The position numbers were made by a program, and so were the translations under genes. The notes beneath the pieces are model-generated. The model saw nothing but the letters and a program-made list of their open reading frames with translations, had not been told where the DNA came from and ran no database searches. Shown here one piece after another: positions 1-14,007 of a stretch of DNA of 64,000 bases. Origin of the DNA: Blasia pusilla (Eukaryota); the NCBI GenBank assembly GCA_050084515.1, contig CM114271.1, positions 21,018,001 to 21,082,000 on the forward strand, read 5' to 3'. Numbering within the stretch: the first letter of the stretch is position 1; every line of letters starts with the position of its first letter.

Positions 1-2894
1 TTTTTTAGTCTTTTTGAGTCCAATCATAAAAAAATATGACAATCACACTTTACTTTCCTAATAAGTATTACAATATCAATAAAGATCTCGTGAACAATGA
101 CCATCCCTTTGAGAAGCAAGGCACAACTAATGATTGGAAATCAAAAAATGGATATTCTATGTGGAGGAAAATAAGAAAAGAGGAAAGTCATTTTACCAAT
201 GGGCAAACTTAAAAAAATCTTGTCATCCATGAAATCGAAAGATTCCACCACTACTAGGGATGAGATGATAGATAACGCTAACATTCTATCTCTTTTCAAA
301 CTTTGTCTAGATCCAAAGTTGGTAGGATGGATGAATTTCCTTACCACAAGAAATTTGAACATGTGAAGGATTACATATTGCCCATTTTAAGGAGCACATT
401 GGTACCCGAAAATATGAGTATAATCATGATGCTTTACATACTTTGAATTAGGCTAAATGAGAGTGTAGAAAACGCTTTACCAATCGTACATGTCTGTTGC
501 ATACTAAATGCTGAGTATATTTATCCAAATGGGGGAAGATGAAAGAAGGTAAGGCCCATATGGACAATTCCTCCCATACGATGGACGTAAGTTCACAGAC
601 ATGGACATGGACTTTTCCACATGCAACCTTCTTCTTTTGTAGGAATGTAGGCCATGTTCAAAGAGAATATCCAACATTTCCTTGTCTAATATGTCAATAA
701 ATACCCACACCACAAGAATGTGTCAAAATTCTAGGAGGAATCAAAGAGAAGGAGATGGACGACGACGAGGATATGTTCCTTATCCAGACCAATACCAATC
801 ACAATCCTTGGAGGCAATTCTGTTTGCGCATCTGCAAAAAAAATTTCTAAGGCCGTCGCATCTAGTATGGTATCCACCACTGAGAGCTTGTGTAAAGGGG
901 ATTTTCCCACGAGTATCAAGATAGTAGAAACCACTTGGCTATTAAATGGGATTACCCGTCCAACTATAGGGGGTACTATTATAGAAGAAGTACCTCCCTC
1001 TTCCACATCGATCTTCCATGTACAGATAATATTAAGATATCATTACTTTCAAATGAAGACCAAAAAATATTGAGAATCATTGAGATACCTGGAAGGATCT
1101 CATGGAAGCAACTATCATAGAGATTAAGGCAAATCAAGCTTGATCACTAAAATAGAAATAGAAATTTGTTTTGAAGGTTGCCGAGGGGTTTTAATATAAA
1201 ATCTAGTAGGTTTAAATAAGCTGGAAAAAAATTGGAGGGGAGGAGGGGGACGGGGGGAGAAGGGGGGGACATATTCACATCAATCATTGAAACTCCTTTA
1301 CACATCAAGTCAACAAAAGCACTTCCAAGAAATGCAACGATTGTTTGAGAAAGTCCTCTTATCCAACCTTCAAGTATCTAAACGAGACTTATACATTCTA
1401 GATAAGTTCAAAGAGGTATTATGTAAATGCGCCCTATAAATGGAGGATTAACTATTCTTTAACTTATCCAACACTTAAAATATTAATAATCTTGTTTTGG
1501 CTTTCAAAATTTATAGAATTTGAAAGCCAAAATTTATGTAGTGGTTGGATCGAATATCATGCCCTTCCATACCTACGAATGGTTAGGCCTTAAAGGTATG
1601 ATGCCAACTCAATGCTTGTTGGAGATGGTTGATGGCCTTTGAGTCAAATCAAAAGGTATCATTTATTGAATGCAAATGCAAATGAGAAAACACTCGTATA
1701 CATCATAAACCTTTTTTATATTATGAATATGAAGTAAAAAAGGATTTAGGTTACCCTTTGCTTTTGGTTTGGTGTTGGCTATCATCAATAGGAGTACATT
1801 TGGATCTATTCCAAATGTAGATGGACAGTGCATCAACTTACCATCTATTCTAGAGAAGGAAGCATGAAAATAGTGGATACTTAATATGTTGCTTAACTTA
1901 TACCGCCTCAATTGATGCACCAAAGATGTCCATACATGAGAAGATGAACTTGGATCATCTCTTCAAACAACTTGGAGCCTTTAGTTTTGCAACAATCAAG
2001 AGTCTTGGACCTAGAGAATATGAGGTGATTGATTAAGAGGATATATACGATTTGGACTTCAATATCACAATAATTGCATAACATCCATTCAGATAGAATT
2101 TCTATGCATTTTTATGGAAAAAAAATCCAACTATTAATCTCAATCGAAATCCCAAGTAAGAAAAATTGGTCTATGCAAGAATCAATCTTCTTCTTGCACA
2201 AGTTGTCGAACACAAAGTATCTTTTTAGGAAATCTAAGATTGATTGTTTCACTTGGAATTCTGCGGATATGAAGTGGATACTAGAGTCCATTTATATCCA
2301 CCATGAGCACTTTCTGTCCAATAAAAGTCCCATCAAATGAATCCTTACATTTAAAAGTTGGTTTAAGAGGAGGTTACTAAGCTACTCGAGACTAATATCA
2401 TCCATCTAATCTTTGGTTAACTTACGAATATGGAAAAGAAAGGAATTATCCATCAATATCAAGACTCTATTTGAATCCTTAAGTAATTTTTTTTGTTCAT
2501 TTTGCTTGCATGGACCTCTAGAGTCCATACACTCTTGCAATAGCTTGAGTATGAGAGTAATTTTCATATATGATGATATTTATAAATCTATTTTTAGGTA
2601 CTCACTTGCTCAAGTATATTTCTGGAGTATGTTATACATTTCTATGGAGCATTGGATCTTTAAAAAAATTGATCTTTTAACTATATTTGTGTGTATATGC
2701 ATATTGCTACATCACATACATTAATGCCACATACACTAACATAAATATAACACATCTCATCAATATGTACATCACATAGAGAGACCATGTAATGAAATTT
2801 GGATGGGAAACATACCGCTCTTTAATTACAATAAATACAATTGCCAAAATATTTGTACTTCGGTAAGATTAGATAATATGCCTTGGTAATGAGG

Positions 2895-2895
<1 letters not shown>

Positions 2896-2955
<60 letters not shown>
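2896..2955. repeat. (TA)30 microsatellite
   Basis: Uninterrupted TA dinucleotide run read directly. Confidence 0.97.
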
Positions 2956-2957
<2 letters not shown>

Positions 2958-5900
2958 TAGGTAGGTAGGAGTAGAGAGGCCATAAGTGATTTACTAGGCT
3001 CCCTTGGTAACTTGTATGCAAAAATCATCCTTTGGGATTTTTCTATGAATCTTCTTGGAGATTATTTTATTTTTCATGAACTCATTGGGCATTTTGAGGT
3101 GATATGTATGCATAGGCCATATTCATGGACCCTTGGGACCTAGAGAGAGGCATACCCCAAAGAAAGGCTTGAATAGGTTCATCTATCCATAATTGAACCT
3201 TCCAAGCATATTCTATGGCAACGTGCTACTGGCAAGTATTAGATTTGTATCCCCTCACATTGAGGGTGGGTTTGGCTTGATTTTTGTAATGTGCATATAC
3301 ATCATATATCATGTAAGTTTGAAAGGGACAATGGAACTCTCCAACCAAGACCACCATATTTCCAATCCTAAGACTTTCCCTCAATCAATAAAAATTCCGA
3401 ATATTCATACCCACAAACAGAAAATTTTAGCCCACCAATTTCTCCCCTAGTGGCCTCACAATTTCTCTTGGTGGTCACAATCATACAACATTATGAAGAA
3501 GAACTACAACTAGAGAGCCATAATCGTCTTGCAACCATCCCCACTAGAAAGCAACCTTTATAGCTCCCTTGCACTAAACTTGCTTACTTATATATGGGGT
3601 CTTAAACATAAACACATTCGTCAATGCCTTCTATTTAGCTTGAAGTCCTACGAGCAAACATTTACATTCTCTTCATCTTCTTGTTTGTATGTAGTCTTGA
3701 ATCCATAAATAATTACAAAAATCCCCTTAGTAACTACAAACCCACAATGTTTACACATGCTAGACAGATTATTGACGCAATAAATTTCCAAGAACTTCTA
3801 TTCTCCTAGGTTTACGATTTTACATCCATTTCACAATAGCAAATCCCTATGTTGCTTTTTGGGTTTGCCTACTCACATACTTGCATTTCTTGGTGGACAA
3901 GCTCTTATTTGGAGTCTGAATGATGACCTATATGCCCAATAAATAGCAAGTTGTATTCTCTCCCATGGAATCATAGTAAAAATCGGGACTATAGACTATC
4001 TCTTATAAGAAGTGATAGGTTGTAGGCCGGAAGATCTTTCTTTACTCTATTTGCCACCAACTTTGAATATGCAAATAATCCAACGAAGGTTTTTATATTC
4101 TATCTCTCACATATCGTCATCTTTAAGTACATTTTCCCTTTGTGTCTAGCGCCCTCTAATTATCTATTATTGTTGGCATTGAATGCTTCTATTACCTATC
4201 CTTACATCCTAGCATATACCATTGTATTCCACATTCATCTCTAATCTTTATTTTCCCCTTTTTTGGTACAACTTCCTTTCCACACCATCCTCTTGCATAC
4301 ATCTGCCTCGTATTCTACCAACACTAGATCCACAAATTATCTTTGGCTCTCAACATTAACCTACATTTAGCCAAGAAAATTATCTTTATGGAATTATAAC
4401 CTCAATCTTCTGCCTATGCATTTCCTCACAATTCCTTACCATTCAAGCACATCTTCTGATCAAGGAAGAATGCATGTATATTATTATGAATATATTGGTT
4501 AAGAATGGTTGTTCTTTTAATAAATACCCTTTAATTTTCAAAGGGAAAATCCTTTTTGTATCTTTTCTTGCATTCCTTTTCATGTCATAAATTGATGCAC
4601 TCAAGACCTTCTTCCTACACCCTTTCATAAAGTGGCTCCAACAATATTACCCCCAAACATGAATGACATGCAATGAACTCAACAATTGCACGTATCTTTC
4701 CATGATAAAAATCAACAGGGAAACACATCGCTCTCCAATTACACTAAAAAGAAATCGAGCCAAACTCACCCTTAATGCAAGGGAATCCAACCGAATACAT
4801 GTGAGAAATACCTTGCCGTAGCTTATGCAAGAAGGCTTAGTTTTAGAAAGATAAGTCCCTCCAAATCTCCCCTTGGGATATACCCATGCCATTTCCAAGC
4901 CTGAAGGATCCAAGAAGACAAGTTATCCACACATGTCATCTTAATATCCCCCATAGGATCCTAAAAAATCAAGAACATCCAAGAAGATTCTACAAAATCT
5001 CCCAAAGGATAAGATATGTATACAAATCACCAAGGAAGGTCAACATGTCACTCCTAACATCTCCAACAGACATCGCCTAACTACCAAGACATACTATCTA
5101 CTTTCGCTCGACTAAACATTCCATGATAATTTTTTCCTTTGTATGCTTGATATGCTCTTCTCATGATATTGGATTTTCTCACAAACATTGCAAAAGAATA
5201 TGAATTAAAGAGACCTTAATTTTATTTCTCTTATAGTTGATCATCTTACACTCGTTAGTTTCATATGAGTGTAAGATCCTTCCAGGGTATGTTTTGGGTT
5301 TGATAATCTAACCAAATCAACTCATGGGAAAAATTATATGGATGCAACTCCCACAAGAGTCAATTTCCCAATGTGTTGCTTTTACAATGCTACTAATAGG
5401 CTTAAAGGATCTTCACGAGCTCACATGAATATGCATGATGAATCTTGTATATTGAAGATTTGGAGAAATTTAATAACCAATCATTGTTTAAAAATGATTG
5501 ACTGTACAATTTTGGATCATGATGGTGTATACCTTGAGGTAGATGGTACAATTTATTTTAAAACAAAAGAACCCAAAATAAATTCATTGGGCTATGCATA
5601 TCCTACTATAATGATTGCATGATAAGACATGACAAAGTTAATTTCTATACCCTTTGAAACATTTAAAAATATAATTTGAAAAGTAGTTTGATAGGAAGAA
5701 AAATCTATTGACATTTTACTTCTCCAATAAAATTAAATAGCTAGAAAAAATTGATAGTTTGATCAAAATCTCAAATTTCATATAATTCAACTATTACAAA
5801 CCTTTAAACTAGTGAGGTTTACATAAGTTAGGATTCCATGGAGAGCTATAGTGGAGTGCTTCTAATTGTAGGTCACAAAAGACATCCACTTGATTCATTA

Positions 5901-8489
5901 GCATATTATAATTGTAGCATGTTTTGTAGACTTTGGTAGTTGGGAGAAGGTCATGATGATTTTAGGTGAAATATGTTACCATTCATATTTGGCGCTAATT
6001 TTCTAGTAGCACCCTCTTATTCAAAAGTAGATGGATTTAAGTGTATCTCAAGGATATTCAATTTTATGGGACCTTGACCATAATAGTTAAGAGATTCCAT
6101 GATGCCTTGCTATTCTAGATTTAAATATTTTTAAAAAGGAAATTATATGTAAGATATGACATTCTTTTCGAGATAATGCAAAGATGTGTATCTATAATAC
6201 TCCCCGTTCTTCTTTACTTACATAAATATTTTTTTTACTATCATTTATCTTTAGTAGATCTCATCCTAAATGACATAATACGTTTTGGTACAAGCTTTAA
6301 TTTAAACATTCTATCTATATAAGTTCCAAATTGAGTTCAAATCTTCTCAAAATATTAAGCATAATGCTTAGTAATAACACCCTAGGTGTTATTAGGATAT
6401 GATAGAATATATTAATAATCATGTAATAGGGAGAGAAATTTAGAAGATTATAAAGGGGATAAAAATTAACCTTGGGGAAAGAAACAAAAAGGATTCAAAG
6501 TTATAAACACAAAATAAATTCCTCATGCCTAGTTTAGGAGAAAAGAGAAGTGAATCGCATTAAGATTAAAAAGTTATGGTTATTGTTTTCTCGAGTTCAA
6601 TATTTTAAGAGCGAAGTGTTATAAATGTAACCATAGCAAATTCCAAGTGAATTTTCACATTCACAAGAGGATCACTTGTTATATTGGTTGATCCTTTGCA
6701 CTCAACCTCTATAGAAGACTAATAAATTGAGCTATCCAAAATAACCATTTAGGGATATTTTATATCTAATTTCTATCGTCTATATCATTCATAATCAAGA
6801 TTAAAATTAACCTAAGTATTTGATATTAAGAAAAATTTTGATGAATTTTTTTGGTACCACCATTGATATGGCATCTTTTGTTTTTTTTTATCTATGTTGC
6901 AATAAGAAATCCAAATATTTTTTTTTTTTATAAATTTTCTTTCCAAAAAGAAATATGTAAAATTTTCATTTGTAGTTAAATATTTCAGAGAAAATATATC
7001 GTGTATATTTGCTAAATATTGCTCATTGTCATCACAAGAACTTAAGGTTTGGTAGAGGATCAAAAAATCCTAAACTCCAAAAATTGGATTCAAGAACTAC
7101 TTTTGTTTTATTGAAATGGGTCGTAATATTTTTCTTTTGAAGGATTACAAAAATTTTAAATTATGAATATGTGTTTCTTTTGGAATAAAAAAGTATTTCA
7201 ATAATTTATCGGTTTACGATATATAGTGCAGTTCCTTCACTACACCATAGAAGCTTAAGTCTGAGGAAGAATGGGGATTTTGGATATATTTAGGCTTAAG
7301 AGAAAGATGCGATTCTATTTTCATAAATAAAAGAGTTGATAGAATTTGGGGGAAAATTCCTTTTATTTTATTTTAAGATGTAGGGAAAAGAAGTTTACGT
7401 CTATACGCTAGTGACCCATTAATACACGTTAAGCTTATAATGTAGTTTATATTTTTATACTTTTATAACAACCAGAAATTTTCATTCTAATAAATACCTT
7501 ATTAAATTTCTTCTGAAAATATTCCAGCTATATAGAAGGAGAAAGGCACATCATTATTTTATTATGAAGTCTCATTCATCCTAAATAAAGAACCTTACTT
7601 CTTTTAATTATAATAATAATATTTATGAAGTCTTCCATTCATATGTAATTACAAATACTTAATGATTTACCTTATTTCATTTTTGCAAGAGGTATTATTC
7701 TTCCCAACTTTTCATTTTAAAGATAATATCCATTTTTTTCAAAGAGCTTTCTTCATGAAATAACTCTCTTCCTAAGACATTATCTATTTTATGATTTTAT
7801 AATTTTCAATGGAAAAATGAAAAATGGAACATGCTCAAATTTAAGGAGATATTTTCTCTATTTATAGTTTTATCATTTCATTACATATAAGAAAATTTGG
7901 AAATAATTATTACAAGATATATACTTAAGAAAATCTATGTGTTTTTAAATTTCAATTCCAAGATTTATTGATTATTTATTTTAAATCTCAGTTAATTTTT
8001 TGTGCATTGTATTAAGTATTAAAGTAATCATATTTTATGTCTAATTGCATGGAACTTCTTTGTCCCAATAGTTGTGGAATTTTTTGGAGCCAAAGGCAAT
8101 CCATTAAATTATTTTCTAACCAAATGTGAAATCCACTTAAGACCTCCTCTTGTTATAACATTTATCTTTTTTCACCATTGTGTTTTACTTCCTCCTAACC
8201 CATCCAAGAAAATAGGCTTTTGGAGATACTTTTGTCCTGTCAAGGATGTCACGCCAACTTGGTCGCTTTTTTATAGCACTATCTACCCACTTTTTGGGAG
8301 GATTGTTATAGTTGTATAAGACATATTAATTGGCTTCTTTGTGATTTCATACTCTAGAGAAATTATCTAAGCTCTCACTTTCACCTCTAGTCATTATTTT
8401 CATGCTCGAATTTTCTAATCCTAGATTTTTCTTTAGAAAACTTTCCATCTTTTCACTTTGTATTTTTAAAGTCTACTAGTGAGAATGCC

Positions 8490-9189
8490 CGTGCGATGCA
8501 TGGGCGCCAAATTTTAGCATATAAAACTCCCTCGTTGCTACAGCATCTAGCAAGAGAGATGAGCTGCACATTTTTGACCCCCACAGATCTACCTCCAGAG
8601 ACGCCACGAGAAGAGAAGTGGGTCAGAGTGTCATTCTTTGTGGACGCCATCCAGACAAAGCTACAAGAAAGCCCGAAGATTCAGATTATTGGGCAAGGAG
8701 GAAGATTGTACAGCCATCACTTGTGGAGAGATCAGAGTGAACCCTTGATGGACCATCGTGGGGAAGCGAAAAGCTCTACCGGGACTTTGGGAGATGGAGG
8801 AGAGCAATGTCGAGGAAAGAACCATCACTATAGAAGATGATTCGCAGCATTTTGCCGTGCAGAGATGCTTGAATTTGAGAGTCTTAATGGAATCCAGTCA
8901 TGACACGAATTTGGAGATGGGATGTGGGGTAGATGAGAGTAGCCATCACTCACCAAAATGTGCAGAGAATGGTTTTTGGCAGCTCACGTACTGTCCAGAT
9001 GAGAGACAGATGACTCGGATGTACAAAATGCCAATCTCTGCATAATTAAATTTGTATTCTAGAACCCAACCGTTTCCATCGTCCACACGATGGAGGAAAC
9101 TCACGAATGGACAAGTAGCGCTTTCCAATTCAAATGTGGAAGGAAACAAAACAAAGTCTTTTCCATCGATCTTCACTCCAGAGGTTTGA
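8490..9189 (+). pseudogene. Possible decayed C-terminal fragment of an F-box/kelch-like gene
   Basis: Coding-like composition within AT-rich DNA. ORFs 8496..8840 and 8758..9045 overlap as if frameshifted. Reading through the stop at 9045 gives ...QGGRLY...GLWEME...WRKL...FPSIFTPEV*, loosely like F-box/kelch C-termini. No F-box motif is seen. Confidence 0.25.
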
Positions 9190-12100
9190 TCAACAAACAA
9201 GGCCAATTGTGACTCTATTTCGAAACAAAGGGCCAAACTACAGCAATTCCTTTCCGTTGACTCCCTTACAGCGCCTTACTCTACAACACCTTGCTTGCAA
9301 CCATGAGCCAAGGAAGTTTGAATGCGAAACAGAGAAATATGATGAATGAGATGATTTATTTGATTATGACATATGATGGTGAGGCAGAGAAATTGGAGAC
9401 GTAAACGAGGAGTCTATGGTCTAGTTTTGGAAAAGTGATCTCAAAACCATGGAGGAATATGTGGTAAGGGTTTCGGTAATGTGATCTCAGTAATCCATCC
9501 ATCTAGGAATAAGAGGTGACAGTTTCGGAGATGCGAACTCACAAATGCGTGGTTACTATCACCGTGAGTGAGGGACACCATGGCTCTCGTCAACAGAGAA
9601 GGAAATTCCTCAATACTCAAAATGAAACACACGTCCGCAATTCTAAAAAATGTTTATCTGCACTAAAAAAAATGACGCATTGCCGAAAGTACAACCTTCG
9701 CAGAACCTGTTCCCATGCAACCTGGCAAGACGCGCACGTTGTGTAGAAAGGTGTGCCACGAGAACGGCATTTTGTCGGCATGTTTTGCAAAATAAGTCGG
9801 GGTCGCGAGAGTAATCATGACGCAGATTACAGATCGAGCTTCAATCTTAGCAACACCTTCAGACAGAGTTCCGGCAAACAGAGTGACCAAATCGGCGTCC
9901 TCTTGAGAGAGACAGAGATCAAAAGAGATGAGTACTCTTACACTCAATTCAATGTCTCCTAGCTTTGCAGATTTGAAGCTGTAAATTCAGAATTCAACAC
10001 GGCTATGGGCTGCAGATTTGGAGCAGCACATTCAAAAATTCGACGCAGCTACATATTCGGAACGAAATAGAAATCGTACTCGGATCTTCCTCCCCCTTCC
10101 TCCCATGCTAAATGGCCCGCCTCTTCCTTCTTGAAGGTAGAAAACATCGAGAGAGTAAGAAATATTTATCTACTGTTGGTCGAACTTCTGTAGGTGTCTG
10201 GTGCACCTATTCATAACACGTGTCCAATGGTTACTTGACATATTTATCGGATTGATGCCAACCAGGGCACGATGCACAAATTAGCCAGAGATCAGATCGG
10301 GAAAAATAGCAGATCGGAAAAAAAAAAGCTGAAACCATATTAGAGATCAAAGTGCTAAAAAAACTGCTATGAGGCTTCACTTCTTTTAGCTTCCCCTATT
10401 TCATTTCGTGCTCCCCTTTTTAGTAACCCCTCTCGGTTAAAAATAAGAGGACATTTCATACGACCACTTGTGGAAGAGCTTCACTTCTTTGGGAACGGGG
10501 AGTTACCAAAAGAAGTAACCCCCCTCCTCACATTATAGTATAGATTTTGACTGCAAGATCTAATAAAATTTATAGTTGGGCTTCAATAAGAATTTCCTCA
10601 ATTTCCTTTCTTTTTCATTCCACGCATAATCACAACTTTAATATACAATGATTCCGACTAAAATTATTCTTTGACATATTTTTATTTTTTCCTTTAAGTT
10701 TTTTTTATTCGTAGATTCTCATGCTAGAAGCTTAGCCTCTAAAACCTTACCTCTTCATTAATTATAGGAATTGGGTCATTTTTTACTATTTTGGAGATTC
10801 CATTTGAAAGTATTTCATTATTGCGATTCTTTTAATCGTACCGAAAATTATTTGATCTTTTAGGCAAGCACATATCACAAAATTTTCAAATTCCTTATTG
10901 TGTCAAGACTTATTTCTGATATTATCATTCACATAAAAAGAATGGGAGAAATTCCATCTTAAAAATAAAATTTGTAAATATTTCAAATGCAAATCTTACT
11001 TTAGATTTAAAAATAAAAAATTGTTATTTTCAATCATAAATTTGTTTTTCATTGTTAATTGTTTAAAAATTAACATTTTCATTAAAAAATAAAAATTATT
11101 TTTAATTTTTATTACAAAAAGGAACATTCCCGTGCAAGAATCCCGTCCATTCCATTCCTTCTCGCATCGGGCGGGCTTCCGGGTCGTACATTCTACGGGG
11201 TGCCACGGAGGCACAAACAGATGAGTAGAATAGAGAAATACGGGACATGAAAGGAGATGAGAATATGAGTAGAATAGACCTTTAAAGAAAAGAAGTTAAA
11301 AGAAGAGAGATGGGAACTTAGGGAAGTAAAATTGCGTTGTTGCACTTACGAAAAGTCCCAAAGTTGTGGAAAGGAAGAACTTCCGAAGAAGTGCGGCGAG
11401 TAACTTTACCTCCCGAGTCCCTACACCTTCTCGCGAGAGCCATGTGCCGCGTTGTGCGCCTTAGATGCAAGATCGAAGATGTGGGAAGATTCTGCTTCTA
11501 TTTACTCCGACGACGCATTTACTTCTGTCCGTAGCCCCTTCCTTCCTTCCTACCCTACGATACGACCATAGATAGGTGGCTTGCGCTGTCTGGCGCGTCG
11601 CAGCCGGAAGCCCCGCGACCCGACGACCGTTAAGGGCCGCCATGACGTACCACTGGACTGGAGCTCGCGACCTCGATGATCTCGGTGCTTGCAAACTTCC
11701 AAGGGCTTTGCAGCTGGCGAGCGTCGTGCGACGAAAACTGTTGGATCCACGGGCGTCGCGTCGGTCCACGACGCCACGTGAGAGAACGTCATCCCCTCGA
11801 TGGCTCGACTGAATCTGAGAGTACGATTAATCGTTTATTACATATATGTTTCATGTTTTTTCATTTCTATTATTTACGTGAATGTCAACACGTGTTTGGT
11901 AATTTAATAATTTTATTCTTTTCAAAATAATTTTTAAATAAAAAAATTAAATTAAATTTTACTGTTAAGAATTAATTCTATTTTTAATCATAATCTTTAA
12001 TTACTGATAATAATAAATTTCACCAAGCCCTTTTATTTTTAATATGGAGACCATTATGATCTTACGCTAATATGATTACTAATAAAAACTGCTGGTGTGC

Positions 12101-12466
12101 GTGTTCATCACATGTGAAAGAGAATCCTGATGAGATCTACGATTTTCATCTTGCAAGTTTCACGAGCAAAAGCCACGAAAAAATAAAGGTGTCGAGAATA
12201 GAGATGTTTGTTGCCGAAACCTGTCGCCGATAATAATATAGATCTGCAATTATCTTCCTTTAATTATGGACTCTTATATCTATTAAATTTTATTTTTGGC
12301 GTTTCATTACAAAATCTTCTCTCTCAATTGTAGGATTCTAATGAAACTTATAGTAACGGACATGGTGAGAAAACAAAATATCCTCCTCAAGACCAAACCT
12401 ATTTTATAAAAGAAATATCTTCCATAAAAATCGCGTTTGACACTACTCTTGGATCTTCCATATAGG

Positions 12467-12583
12467 CCCCCTTCTTTCTCCTCGGGGCCGGTTCTGGCCT
12501 CTTGAGGTCTATTTCTTGGCTCTCTATGCCCCCTCTTTTGTATCGTGATGGGTTTCCCATCCTTTTTCTACATATATTTTATT
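12467..12583 (+). mobile_element. Severely 5'-truncated copy (3' UTR only) of the CRE-like retrotransposon, with 13-bp TSD
   Basis: Matches the reverse complement of ~28758-28880. Flanked by the exact direct repeat TCTTCCATATAGG at 12454-12466 and 12584-12596. Confidence 0.9.
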
Positions 12584-13844
12584 TCTTCCATATAGGACGT
12601 AAACGCGTATCCACTCATGTATGAACTTTTGGCACCATCATAGAAGAACTTGTGGAGAGCGTGTCGAGATCCGCCAGAACTCTCAAATGATCGCGCCGGC
12701 AAGGGTGCCAATCTGTCGTACGGCTTACACCGATTTGGTGCACTATATGGAATCGATATGAACGCATGCTTGCATCCATCTGATCCTATGAGGTAACATG
12801 TTAAGCTTATGGCATGTGGACGGAAGGGAACCATCTTATCTTGCGGCGGGCCAGGTTTGGCTAAGATTCACCGGTACCCATGGAGCAATTCTATAATCGC
12901 GGGATCCTTCCGATGTTAAAACACGGTTATTATTTCATGGACCATAGGTGGGTCGCTGGTCCTTTTGCGTCGTGAATTTACATCACATAAATGTTAAGGA
13001 CGATCCTTTGAAAATCAAGGGACAGTATTCCGTTGTTTTTAAAACTCCTTCATAGTCAAGCGTTGGAAACCGTTTGTGACCTACCTAGAAATTGGTAGGA
13101 GTGTCGGCCTAGGCCAAGAGGGACTTGCCGCCGCGACTCTATGGGGATGGGCTCTTAGTCTGATCTCGACAAGAGGATATCGGAACGGGATGGTTAGACT
13201 TTGGTATGTGCTAATAGTTTTAAGGAGGTTTAATGCGATTCTCTTTAGGGTTTTGAAGCAACGCGCTGATTACTTTCTCGAGGGAGGCGCTTAGCCAAAT
13301 GCTTGGAGTGATAGTTTTAGGGTAATCCATGGAGTCTCTTGGACTAAAATTAGGATCTTCTCGATAGATACTGTAAGTTATCTATGAATTTAATAAGAAA
13401 GCCTTCAAAATTAATTGGCTTACACGGAGAAGAATGTTGGTTCTTGGGCAACATTGTTTCGTGGATAATTTTTGGGTTATAAGCTAGATATGTGTATGTT
13501 GATAGCCTTCATACATATATCGATACGAGGAAAAAGGGTCTATATCTAACATCCTCAAAATTATACTCTATTAACTATGGGGACTCACTCATACTCATCC
13601 AACCCATCATCCTCACGACGTCTATTGCAAGTTCTATCCGATCCTCATCACCCTTAGTGATAAAAGACAACTTTAGGAATAGTATTCAAACACATAACCT
13701 CAAGATTTATATCCTCATTGCTCTTCTTTGCATTTTCGATTCTCATTCCTTTTGTGTTGTGTTGCGACAATTTCCTCTACGGTATGGAAATATGTTCAAA
13801 CAAGTTGAATATTCCTTATGCAGGTTTTTATGGACTATCGGAGA

Positions 13845-14007
13845 CACATGTCATGACTCCTAGCACTATGTGGTGGACACTTGGTGTAGATCCCTTATAT
13901 TGGTGTAGGTAGACACAACAGTAGCACACATGTCATGACTCCTGCCGTGGTGTGGTGGACTCTTGATGTGGATCCCTTATGGTGGTGTAAAACACAATAG
14001 TAGCACG
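13845..14007. repeat. Two diverged tandem copies of a ~80-bp unit
   Basis: CACATGTCATGACTCCT...TGTGGTGGAC...GATCCCTTAT...GGTGTA...ACACAA.AGTAGCAC occurs twice in tandem. Confidence 0.85.

Noticed and set aside
1495-1532. 14-bp inverted repeat TTTTGGCTTTCAAA/TTTGAAAGCCAAAA; similar short stems at 6372-6394 and 45611-45641
   Set aside because: Isolated AT-rich stems with no supporting context.
1-6200. Possible decayed L1-like LINE debris (SRID-like peptide at 1663..1923, other scattered hints)
   Set aside because: Too degenerate; I could not reconstruct a diagnostic RT or endonuclease motif series.
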